From: Verrucomicrobiia bacterium
Lineage (GTDB): Bacteria > Verrucomicrobiota > Verrucomicrobiia > JAWXBN01
Length of the DNA: 64,000 nt
Direction: 5' to 3'
NCBI GenBank assembly: GCA_033764445.1
Contig: JANRIZ010000160.1
Coordinates: 3,084-67,083 of the forward strand
A program made the translations under genes and the position numbers. Of the stretch, positions 17,703-26,268 are shown in pieces. The first letter of the stretch is position 1. Each line of letters begins with the position of its first letter. Under the pieces are notes generated by a model, which saw nothing but the letters and a program-made list of their open reading frames with translations, had not been told where the DNA came from and made no database searches.

Positions 17703-18644
17703 ATGCCCAAAGCCCCTGAACACATCAGCGTGGAGGAGTTCCACCGGAAACACGCCCAGACCCTGCAGTTGCAGCTGGTCGGGGGGGCGTCGGGTCTGGC
17801 CCGGAAAATCCGCGAGGGCACCGTCAACCGTCCGGGTCTGGCCCTGGCGGGTTTTTTCCGGTACTTTGCCGACAAACGGATCCAGGTCATCGGCAGCGCC
17901 GAGTCCACCTATCTGAAGTCGCTTTCCGCCCGGGAGCTGGCCATGCGCATCAAACAGCTTTTTGACCGCAAAATCCCCTGCCTGATCTTTGCGCGGAACA
18001 TCCGTCCCTCCCGCGAGATTCTGAGGGTGGCCGACAAGGAGAAGGTCCCCGTGTTTGTCTCGCCGCTGGTGACGATGAACCTGATCAACAAGGCCACCAT
18101 TCTGCTCGAGCAGGATTTTGCACCGCAATCCAGCGAGTTTGCCAGCATGGTCGATATCGGAGGGATCGGGGTCCTGATCCGCGGCAAAAGCGGGGTGGGC
18201 AAAAGCGAGTGCGTGCTGGCCCTCATCGAGCGCGGATACGCCCTGGTGTCCGATGATGTGACCTATATCCGGGCCGACGAGGGGCGGGAACTTTTTGGAC
18301 GCTGTCCGGAAATGACCCGCAACCATATCGAGGTGCGCGGCCTGGGAATCATCAATGTCGCCGCTGTTTTCGGGGTCCGGAGCATCCAGGACGAGAAAAA
18401 AATCGATCTGGTGGTGACCCTCATCGACTGGAACGGGGTCGAAGATGTGGACAGAATCGGTCTTGACGCCGAGTACTACACCATTTTAGGTATTAATGTG
18501 CGGCACGTGACCATTCCCGTCCGCCCCGGTCGGGACATTGCCCGGCTTGTCGAGGTGGCCGCGCTCGATTCAAAACTCAAGACCATGGGTTTTGATGCCG
18601 CCCAGGAGTTCAACCGCAGACTCATCGAAAAAATGAAAAAATGA
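17703..18644 (+). CDS. hprK: HPr kinase/phosphorylase
   Basis: VNRPGLALAG, Walker A GKSGVGKSE, LVSDD, HIEVRGLGII, IPVRPGR. Confidence 0.96.
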   Translation: MPKAPEHISVEEFHRKHAQTLQLQLVGGASGLARKIREGTVNRPGLALAGFFRYFADKRIQVIGSAESTYLKSLSARELAMRIKQLFDRKIPCLIFARNIRPSREILRVADKEKVPVFVSPLVTMNLINKATILLEQDFAPQSSEFASMVDIGGIGVLIRGKSGVGKSECVLALIERGYALVSDDVTYIRADEGRELFGRCPEMTRNHIEVRGLGIINVAAVFGVRSIQDEKKIDLVVTLIDWNGVEDVDRIGLDAEYYTILGINVRHVTIPVRPGRDIARLVEVAALDSKLKTMGFDAAQEFNRRLIEKMKK

Positions 18645-18648
18645 TTTT

Positions 18649-18954
18649 ATGGGACAAGCCGCCAAAAAGGATGACAAGGAAATGAATGAACTGACCCGGG
18701 AAATGACGATTTTGAATCGCATGGGTCTTCATGCCCGTCCCGCGGCCATGTTTGTCAAGATTTCCAACGCCCACAAGGCGGAGGTCTGGGTGGAAAAGGA
18801 TGGGGAACAGGTCAATGGCAAAAGCATCATGGGTCTGATGATGCTCGCCGCCGGTGCCGGCTCGAAACTGCGTGTGACGGCACGCGGGACGGATGCCCCC
18901 GAGGTGTTGAAGGACCTGGAGGCGCTTCTGGCCCGCAAATTCGGTGAGGAATAG
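18649..18954 (+). CDS. ptsH: Phosphocarrier protein HPr
   Basis: GLHARPAA (His15), NGKSIMGLMML (Ser46). Confidence 0.95.
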   Translation: MGQAAKKDDKEMNELTREMTILNRMGLHARPAAMFVKISNAHKAEVWVEKDGEQVNGKSIMGLMMLAAGAGSKLRVTARGTDAPEVLKDLEALLARKFGEE

Positions 18955-18963
18955 CGTCGATGG

Positions 18964-18986
18964 GCCCTGTCTCCGGGGCTTTTTTT
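18964..18986 (+). terminator. Possible intrinsic terminator between HPr and ptsI
   Basis: GCCCTG-TCTC-CGGGGC (one G-U pair) followed by T7. Confidence 0.5.
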
Positions 18987-19097
18987 GACCGGCACACCGT
19001 GCTTTTGACTCTCCCGCGTGAAAAATCGCCATTTTTTTCATATCACGTACATTTTTTGTTTCTTCTTCCATAAAATTGAGTTAGAAGTCCTTGCTGG

Positions 19098-20870
19098 ATG
19101 AAAGAAGAGAACCAGCCCCCCATCACCGAGTTGCGATTTGAGGGGATTGGTGTGTCTCCGGGGATTGTTCATGGAAAGGTTCTGCTCATGGGGACCACCC
19201 CCGAGAAGGTCCGGAAACGCAGCATTCGCGAGGAACATGTCCAGGATCAGATTCAGAAACTCGAACAGGCGCTGATCCTGACCCGTCAGCAGATTCAGGA
19301 CATTCAAAAGCGCATCGCCGATGAGATCGGGGAGAAGGATGCGAGCATTTTTGACGCCCATCTCCTTGTTGTCGAGGACAGTGCCCTGATCGACCAGGCG
19401 GTCAAGGAGGTCCAGACAAGCCTGGTTTCCATCGAGTACGCCTACAGCCGCGTGGCCAAAAAGTACATCACCTCCCTCAGCCGCATCGAGGATGAATACC
19501 TGCGCGAACGTGCCGCCGATGTCGAGGATGTGACCCGCCGCGTGATCCGCAATCTTCTGGGCATCGAACATCGGACGCTCGACACGCTGGAGGAGCCCCG
19601 CATCATTGTTTCCTACGATCTTTCCCCGTCGGACACGGCGACGACCGACCGCAAAAAGGTGATCGGGTTTGCGACGGATATCGGCAGCAAAACCTCGCAC
19701 ACCGCCATCATGGCCCGTTCGTTGAATATCCCGGCCATTGTCGGTCTGCGGGACATTTCCACCCGGCTGGAAACCGATCAGGAGGTTCTGCTGGATGGTT
19801 ACAAGGGGATGATCATCGTCAATCCCACCCAGCAGACCCTGGAGGAGTACGGCCAGATCGAGGTCAAAAAACAGGTCATCGAGGAAAAACTCGATGAGAT
19901 CCGTTTCCAGGAGGCCCGGACCCCCGACGGACACAAGGTGATCCTGAGCGGAAACATCGAGCTTATCGATGACGTGCCCCTGGTCATTGAGAACGGGGCG
20001 GAGGGCATCGGCCTGTACCGCACGGAGTTTCTGTTCATCAACCGCGACGACCTGCCCAACGAGGAGGAGCAATACGAGGCGTATCGCAAGGTGGCCGCCG
20101 CCATCAAACCCCACTCCGTGATCATCCGCACTCTGGACATCGGCGGGGACAAGTTCCTTTCCCACCTGCAGATTCCCCAGGAGATGAATCCCTTTCTCGG
20201 TTGGCGTGCCATCCGTTTCTGTCTGGCCCGTCCGGAAATTTTCAAGGCCCAGTTGCGGGCCATTTTGCGGGCCTCGGTGGAGGGCAATGTCAAGATCATG
20301 TACCCGATGATTTCCGGGGTGCAGGAGGTTCAGCAGGCCAACCACATGCTCGAGGAGGCCAGGCAGGAATTGCGCAACGAGGGCAAACCCTTTGATCAGC
20401 ACATGTCCGTGGGGGTCATGATCGAGGTGCCCTCCGCGGCGATGACCTCCGAGCGCATTGCCGACGAGGTGGATTTTTTCAGCCTGGGCACCAATGACCT
20501 CATCCAGTACTCGATTGCCGTGGACCGGGTCAATGAAAAGATCGCCTACCTGTACGAGCCCACCCACCCGGCGATTCTGCGGCTGATCAAGATGGTCGTC
20601 GAAAACGGCCACAAAAAGGGGAAATGGGTCGGTCTGTGCGGGGAGATGGCCGGGGATGTGATGCTCACGCCGTTGCTCATCGGTCTGGGTTTGGACGAGT
20701 TGAGCACCGGGTCGGTGGTGGTCCCCCGGATCAAGCAGGCCATCTGCTCGGTGCATTTTTCGGAAATGCAGCATTTTGCCCATGAGGCCCTGCACTGCGA
20801 TTCCGCCGCCGAAATCATGCGCCGCTGCGAGGAGATGGCCCGCCGCCTGTACCCCGATCTGGTGTCCTAA
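19098..20870 (+). CDS. ptsI: PEP-protein phosphotransferase, PTS enzyme I
   Basis: SKTSHTAIMARS (phospho-His), GIGLYRTEF, IRTLDIGGDK, NPFLGWRAIR, GTNDLIQY, GLCGEMAGD. Confidence 0.97.
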   Translation: MKEENQPPITELRFEGIGVSPGIVHGKVLLMGTTPEKVRKRSIREEHVQDQIQKLEQALILTRQQIQDIQKRIADEIGEKDASIFDAHLLVVEDSALIDQAVKEVQTSLVSIEYAYSRVAKKYITSLSRIEDEYLRERAADVEDVTRRVIRNLLGIEHRTLDTLEEPRIIVSYDLSPSDTATTDRKKVIGFATDIGSKTSHTAIMARSLNIPAIVGLRDISTRLETDQEVLLDGYKGMIIVNPTQQTLEEYGQIEVKKQVIEEKLDEIRFQEARTPDGHKVILSGNIELIDDVPLVIENGAEGIGLYRTEFLFINRDDLPNEEEQYEAYRKVAAAIKPHSVIIRTLDIGGDKFLSHLQIPQEMNPFLGWRAIRFCLARPEIFKAQLRAILRASVEGNVKIMYPMISGVQEVQQANHMLEEARQELRNEGKPFDQHMSVGVMIEVPSAAMTSERIADEVDFFSLGTNDLIQYSIAVDRVNEKIAYLYEPTHPAILRLIKMVVENGHKKGKWVGLCGEMAGDVMLTPLLIGLGLDELSTGSVVVPRIKQAICSVHFSEMQHFAHEALHCDSAAEIMRRCEEMARRLYPDLVS

Positions 20871-20884
20871 CCCTTCCCACCCGC

Positions 20885-22180
20885 ATGGCAAAACCGCTCT
20901 CCGAAGGTTTGGAAGTCCCGCAAAACGGGCCGAAAAAAAAGTCCTGGGCCTATGTTCCCACCCTCTACTTCTGTGAGGGCCTGCCCTACGAGATCGTCAA
21001 CAATCTCTCCACGATCATTTACAAGAACCAGGGTGTCTCCAATGCCCTGATCGGCCAGTATACCAGTCTGCTGTCCCTCCCGTGGACGATCAAACCCCTC
21101 TGGAGCCCCCTGGTGGACCTGTTTCTGACCAAACGGAAATGGATCCTCATCACGGAAATCCTCCTGGCGGTGCTCATCGGCGGGGTGGCGCTGACCCTGC
21201 AGATGCCGCAGTTTTTCGCCCTCTCCCTGCTGCTGTTTTTTATGACCGCCTTTGTTTCCGCCACCCATGACATCGCCGTGGATGGCTATTACATGCTGAC
21301 CCTTTCCTCCCGGGGACAGGCCTTCTACACCGGGATACGCTCCACCTTCTACAAGGTGGCCAAGATCGCCGCCTCCGGGGGGATGGTGGTGTGGGCGGGA
21401 CATCTGATCAAAACCGGGACCGGCATCACCCAGAGCTGGATGATCGTGTTGGGAGCCGCCGCCGCCGCCTATTTTCTCCTGGGCCTTTTTCATCTGTTTT
21501 ACCTGCCGCACCCCGAGGGCAACACCCGCGGGGAGCGGAGGGCCGAGCCCCTGAAATGGACCGATTTCCTGGAGCCTTTCCGCACCTATTTTGCCCATGA
21601 AAAAATCATCCCCATTCTCGCCTTCATCCTCCTGTACCGGCTCGGCGAGGGGATGCTGACCCGGATGATCAATCCCTTTTTGCTCGATCCCGTCGCTCAG
21701 GGGGGGCTTGGACTCGATACGGAGATGGTGGGCATGGTCTATGGGACCATTGGCATCAGCGGACTTTTTGTCGGGGGCATTCTCGGGGGGATGGTCATTT
21801 CCCGTTTCGGATTGCGCCGGTGTCTCTGGCCGATGGCCTTTGCGATTCATCTGCCCAATCTCGCCTTTGTGTACATGAGCACCCATGTGCCCAACGTGAC
21901 CCTGGTCAGTCTGCTCGTCGCCACCGAACAGCTGGGGTACGGGTTTGGTTACACGGCCTTCACGGTTTTTCTGATGTCCATCACGGGTGAGAGGTTCAAA
22001 ACGGCGCATTTTGCGATTTCAACCGGTCTGATGGCCCTGGGGATGATGGTGCCGGGCATTCTCAGCGGCTATCTGCAGCAGGCCCTGGGTTACCACATGT
22101 TTTTCATCGTGGTGTGTCTGGCGACTGTGCCGAGTTTTTTCACCCTGTTTTTCATCCCGCTGCCTGATGAGAAAAATTGA
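20885..22180 (+). CDS. MFS transporter, AmpG-like
   Basis: LYFCEGLPY, LSLPWTIKPLWSPLVD, SATHDIAVDGYY, ILLYRLGEG; about 12 TM segments. Confidence 0.8.
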   Translation: MAKPLSEGLEVPQNGPKKKSWAYVPTLYFCEGLPYEIVNNLSTIIYKNQGVSNALIGQYTSLLSLPWTIKPLWSPLVDLFLTKRKWILITEILLAVLIGGVALTLQMPQFFALSLLLFFMTAFVSATHDIAVDGYYMLTLSSRGQAFYTGIRSTFYKVAKIAASGGMVVWAGHLIKTGTGITQSWMIVLGAAAAAYFLLGLFHLFYLPHPEGNTRGERRAEPLKWTDFLEPFRTYFAHEKIIPILAFILLYRLGEGMLTRMINPFLLDPVAQGGLGLDTEMVGMVYGTIGISGLFVGGILGGMVISRFGLRRCLWPMAFAIHLPNLAFVYMSTHVPNVTLVSLLVATEQLGYGFGYTAFTVFLMSITGERFKTAHFAISTGLMALGMMVPGILSGYLQQALGYHMFFIVVCLATVPSFFTLFFIPLPDEKN

Positions 22181-22191
22181 GGATACGGCCC

Positions 22192-22575
22192 TCATTCCCC
22201 GATGAGAATCGCATGGGCGGCGGCATAGTCCCGGGAATGGGTCAGGCTGATCAGGCATTCCTGGACGCCCCGCTGACGCACCAATTCAAGTGCCTTTCCG
22301 GAAAAGACCACCGTGGGCTGACCGTTTTCCTGGCGCCGGATGCTCATGTCCCGCCACCCCAGCTGGGCGCCGATGCCCGTGCCAAAGGCCTTGGCGACAG
22401 CCTCCTTGGCCGCAAAACGCGCCGCAAGATGGGGCGTGGCCGAGGCATGGCCGAGGCAGTAGTCCAGTTCCTCCGGAGTGAAGATGCGGCGGAGAAAGGC
22501 GTCACCGGATTTTTCGACCGAATCCGCGATCCGGACCGTTTCCACGATGTCGATGCCGGTGCCGAGGATTTTCAT
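22192..22575 (-). CDS. acpS: Holo-[acyl-carrier-protein] synthase
   Basis: GTGIDIVE, RIFTPEE, LAARFAAKEAVAKAFGTG, ISLTHS; start moved to MKILG (22575). Confidence 0.95.
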   Translation of the reverse strand: MKILGTGIDIVETVRIADSVEKSGDAFLRRIFTPEELDYCLGHASATPHLAARFAAKEAVAKAFGTGIGAQLGWRDMSIRRQENGQPTVVFSGKALELVRQRGVQECLISLTHSRDYAAAHAILIGE

Positions 22576-22579
22576 GGGA

Positions 22580-23713
22580 TCAGGACACCGGTGGGACCGC
22601 GGCGGCGGCGCATTCCGCCACAATCTTTTCCATCGGTCCCTGGACACGTTCCATCGACCGGCAGAGCGCAAACTGGGCCCGGGCCCGGTCCAGATTGTGG
22701 CTGGGACGGTGGGTTTTGAAATACACATCCCCCTGCAGGTAATCCGTCAGAAACCGGAGCCCGATCTGGAATGTGATCAGCCGTCCGGAAAAGGCGAGCA
22801 GTTCCCGTTCGCCCGCGGTCAGGAACGTGTGTGCCTCACAAAGGTATCCCTCGACAAGTCCGCGGAACATCTCCAGATCAATGACCACCTTTCCGAGGTC
22901 GGTTTCGTCCTCCGGGGCGTGGGTGGTGGTGGTGCGGATCTGGTCGCCGAAATCGTAGAGGACCGTGCCGGGCATGACCGTATCCAGGTCCGTGACACAG
23001 ATGGCCTCATCGGTTTCCTCACAGAAAAGCACGTTGTTGAACTTTGTGTCGTTGTGGGTTACCCGGACCGGCAGCTCCCCGGATTCCAGTTTGCCGATGA
23101 CCAGACGGGTCATGGATTCCTGGCTGAGGGCCCATTCGATTTCAGGGGCGCAGGAGGCCCTGCGCTGATGCGTATCGTCGCGGACGACCTCCTGAAATGT
23201 TTCAAACCGCTTGGGGGTGTGGTGGAAATAGGGGATTGTCTCGTGGAGGGACTGACCCGGAAAATCCGCCAGAAATTTCTGAAACCGGGCAAAGGCGACA
23301 CCCGCCTGACGGGCGTCCTCCGGGGAGGTGGCGCGGTCCAGACTGTAGGATTTTTCAATGTAGTGGAGGCAGCGCCAGTGATTTCCCTCGGGGTCAACAT
23401 GCAGGAAGGAGCCATCCCTGGCGGGAATGAGCCTCAATCCCTGGCGCTGGGCATCCGCCCCACTGGCCTTGAGGAGTTTTTCCTGGAGATGGTGGGTCAC
23501 CCGCGCAAAATTATCCATCAATTCCACGGGTTTTTTAAACACCACATGGTTGATGCGCTGGAGGACCACCCGCCGCATTTTGCGCTGCTGGCGGAATTCC
23601 GCAAAGTAGGTGTCATTGATATGGCCGCTGCCACAGAGCTCGGCGCGGACGTATTCGCCCGGGATGTCAAAACGCGTGCTGATTTCGTCGATATCGTGTG
23701 GAAGAGTGGCCAT
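22580..23713 (-). CDS. APH-superfamily phosphotransferase, N-acetylhexosamine-1-kinase (NahK)/MdsC-like
   Basis: GSGHINDTY, LQRINH.VF, HETIPYFH, RVTHNDTKFNNVL, DLDTVMPG, YDFGD, RFLTDYL.GD.YFK. Confidence 0.82.
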   Translation of the reverse strand: MATLPHDIDEISTRFDIPGEYVRAELCGSGHINDTYFAEFRQQRKMRRVVLQRINHVVFKKPVELMDNFARVTHHLQEKLLKASGADAQRQGLRLIPARDGSFLHVDPEGNHWRCLHYIEKSYSLDRATSPEDARQAGVAFARFQKFLADFPGQSLHETIPYFHHTPKRFETFQEVVRDDTHQRRASCAPEIEWALSQESMTRLVIGKLESGELPVRVTHNDTKFNNVLFCEETDEAICVTDLDTVMPGTVLYDFGDQIRTTTTHAPEDETDLGKVVIDLEMFRGLVEGYLCEAHTFLTAGERELLAFSGRLITFQIGLRFLTDYLQGDVYFKTHRPSHNLDRARAQFALCRSMERVQGPMEKIVAECAAAAVPPVS

Positions 23714-23968
23714 TGTGTGACAAAATTGAGTCGTGAAGCGTATGGGGAGGACCCGGGGCTGTCAAAGTTTATTTCCGACAGGCCGATACCAAATGAGATC
23801 GGAACCGCGCGTTTGTCCCTTCCTTTTCCCCCGACACGCCGGGGCCGGCTTTTCATCCGAAAGGTTCGGCATATGACCGATGGCGGCTGATTTTTTGAAA
23901 GCCCACAACCCTCAGCCGGACACCTTTTCTGAGTGGTCATGGTCGGAAAAACGGATAGAGTCGCACCC

Positions 23969-25636
23969 ATGTTCACAATTCAGCAGCTGGGGGTCTCGGT
24001 CCGGGACTCCTACGGCTCCTGCAGAAAACACCTGCTTCGGGAAATTTCCTTCCGTCTGCCCGCCGGGCATTTTGCGGCGATCGTGGGTCCGAGCGGCTGC
24101 GGCAAAAGCACCCTGGTCAAGGCCCTGCTCGGCCTCCACCGTCCGGATGAAGGCCGTGTTTTTGTGGAGGGCCTTGATTTGCAGGCCCACCTCCCGTATC
24201 TGCTGCCCGAGATCGGTTATGTGCCGCAGTTTTCCATCGCCCATGAGGAGCTGACCGTTGTCGAGGCGCTCGATTTTGCCGCCCGTCTGAGACTGCCGGG
24301 GAATTGGTCCGCCCGGCACCGGTCCGAGCGTCTGGTGGAGGTGCTGGAGGAGGTGGAGATGCGGCAGACCCTGCACACACGGGTCGGATTTCTTTCCGGT
24401 GGCCAGAAACGTCGACTGTCCCTGGCGATGGAACTGCTCAGGAATCCGCCCATCCTGATCATGGACGAGGTGACCTCCGGTCTGGATGCCCATTCCGAAA
24501 AAAAATTCATGGAACTCTTTGCGCGTCTGGCACACCAATACGGGAAAACCGTCATTTGTGTGACCCATAATGTGGAGCATCTGTCCCTCTGCGACTCCAT
24601 CCTGGTGCTCCGGGAGGGACGCCTGGCATTTCATGGTGATTTGCCCGCATTGCGGGAGCGGTTTGGGGTTGAGAGCGCCTTTGGCCTGTATGCGCGTCTG
24701 GAGGAGATGAACGAGGCCGAGCTGGAAACCCCCGGGATTCCGGAGGTGACAGAGGGTCGTTCCATGGAATTTGCGCCGCTGCCATCACCCGTCTCCCAGT
24801 GGTGGACCCTTTTGAGCCGCCAGATGCTGCTGTTTTTCCGCAATCCCACCCAGGTGATTCTGCAGGCGGTCCTGATCCTGGGGTTCCCGTTTCTGGTGGT
24901 GGTTTTTGCGTATGACGGATTGCCACAGGTCACCAGCATGAGCCTGACCCTGAGCCGGGACATATTCCAGGACATGCAGGAGCAGATCCAGTATGCACGC
25001 AGTTCCATCCGCATCGCCACCCTGGCCTCCGGACTGGTGATGTTCCAGGTGATTTTGCTGACCCTGATGGGTTCCAACAACGGGGCGCGGGAGATTGTCA
25101 AGGAGCGGCCGATCTATGAAAAGGAGCGGCTGGCGGGGGTTTCGCCACTGGCCTATCTGTGCAGCAAGACCGTGTTCGTCTGTCTTTTGAGCCTGATCCA
25201 GGCCGGGGTGATGCTGGCCCTGGTCAGGTACTACTGCCGGTTCCCCGGGGACTGGATGGTGCAGTACTGTCTTCTGGCCCTTGCCACTGCGGCCATGAGC
25301 ATGACGTGCCTGATGTTTTCGGCCTTTTTCCGTTCGACCGAACAATCCTCCCTGGTCTCGATCTATCTGGTCGGTCTGCAACTGCCGCTTTCGGGAGCCG
25401 TGCTGGCGCTGCCTGCGTGGCTGCTGATTTTCACACAGCCGCTCATTGACGCCTACTGGGCCTGGAGCGGATTTATCCGGACCTTCACACAGGACCGGGT
25501 GTATGATGTGATCGCCGCCAATACCAAGACCAGTCTGGCCTCACCCGAAACGGCCCTGCTGGTGCTGGGCCTGCACTTTGTTTTTTGCTTTATCGCAGCC
25601 TATGTGTGCGTTAAAAAGGTCCAATCCCCGTCATGA
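23969..25636 (+). CDS. ABC exporter, NBD-TMD fusion (ABCG/White-like, ABC-2 type membrane domain)
   Basis: Walker A GPSGCGKST, LSGGQKRR signature, Walker B IMDEV.SGLD, VTHN; C-terminal 6 TM with AREIVKER.IYEKER. Confidence 0.9.
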   Translation: MFTIQQLGVSVRDSYGSCRKHLLREISFRLPAGHFAAIVGPSGCGKSTLVKALLGLHRPDEGRVFVEGLDLQAHLPYLLPEIGYVPQFSIAHEELTVVEALDFAARLRLPGNWSARHRSERLVEVLEEVEMRQTLHTRVGFLSGGQKRRLSLAMELLRNPPILIMDEVTSGLDAHSEKKFMELFARLAHQYGKTVICVTHNVEHLSLCDSILVLREGRLAFHGDLPALRERFGVESAFGLYARLEEMNEAELETPGIPEVTEGRSMEFAPLPSPVSQWWTLLSRQMLLFFRNPTQVILQAVLILGFPFLVVVFAYDGLPQVTSMSLTLSRDIFQDMQEQIQYARSSIRIATLASGLVMFQVILLTLMGSNNGAREIVKERPIYEKERLAGVSPLAYLCSKTVFVCLLSLIQAGVMLALVRYYCRFPGDWMVQYCLLALATAAMSMTCLMFSAFFRSTEQSSLVSIYLVGLQLPLSGAVLALPAWLLIFTQPLIDAYWAWSGFIRTFTQDRVYDVIAANTKTSLASPETALLVLGLHFVFCFIAAYVCVKKVQSPS

Positions 25637-26268
25637 AGTACAAAGTCAAATTTTCCGAGGTCCAAAAAACAGGTGAAACCGCTGGGGACAAGGCAGCCAC
25701 TTCGGAAACCCAGAAAATCGATCCGCACGATCCGGCGGACCTGCCAAAGGACGGGACCATGACACCTTCGGACCTCCCCAAAAAACATCGGATGGAGCCG
25801 GACGTCTCCCCCGCCGCTGCCCCCCCGCCGTCGCCCGGTGTCAGGGACCGGCTGAGCCTCGAGGACATCCGTTCCTCGCGCTCCCGCGGTCAGGGGGTAC
25901 TGATAGCATTGCTTCTGATTGTTGTCGTGGGGTTGGGCGGACTGGTGCTCTATCTGTTCCAGGACCGCGGTCAGGCGGGTGTCGCCAAGCGGGCGGAAAA
26001 TTTTCCCATCGATGCCTACTTTCAGAATCCCTCCAGTCTGACCGGGAACCATTATTCGGCCACACTCAGGGTGGAGGCCCAGCTCGGATACAACAAGGCG
26101 ATCGGGCGTCTGATGGGCTTCAAGGATGATGATACCCGGAAGGTCATCCCGGTGCTGGTGCCACAGACTCTCGGCAATTTCACCTTTGAAAAAGGTCAGA
26201 GGTACCGGATCAATTTCAGAATCAATGAAAGTGGGGTGCTGTATGCGGAAGCCATGTCGAAGGAATGA
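25633..26268 (+). CDS. Hypothetical single-pass membrane protein with a small beta-rich extracytoplasmic domain
   Basis: Charged/Pro-rich N-terminal 80 aa, TM VLIALLLIVVVGLGGLVLYLF, ATG overlapping the upstream TGA. Confidence 0.7.
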   Translation: MKYKVKFSEVQKTGETAGDKAATSETQKIDPHDPADLPKDGTMTPSDLPKKHRMEPDVSPAAAPPPSPGVRDRLSLEDIRSSRSRGQGVLIALLLIVVVGLGGLVLYLFQDRGQAGVAKRAENFPIDAYFQNPSSLTGNHYSATLRVEAQLGYNKAIGRLMGFKDDDTRKVIPVLVPQTLGNFTFEKGQRYRINFRINESGVLYAEAMSKE

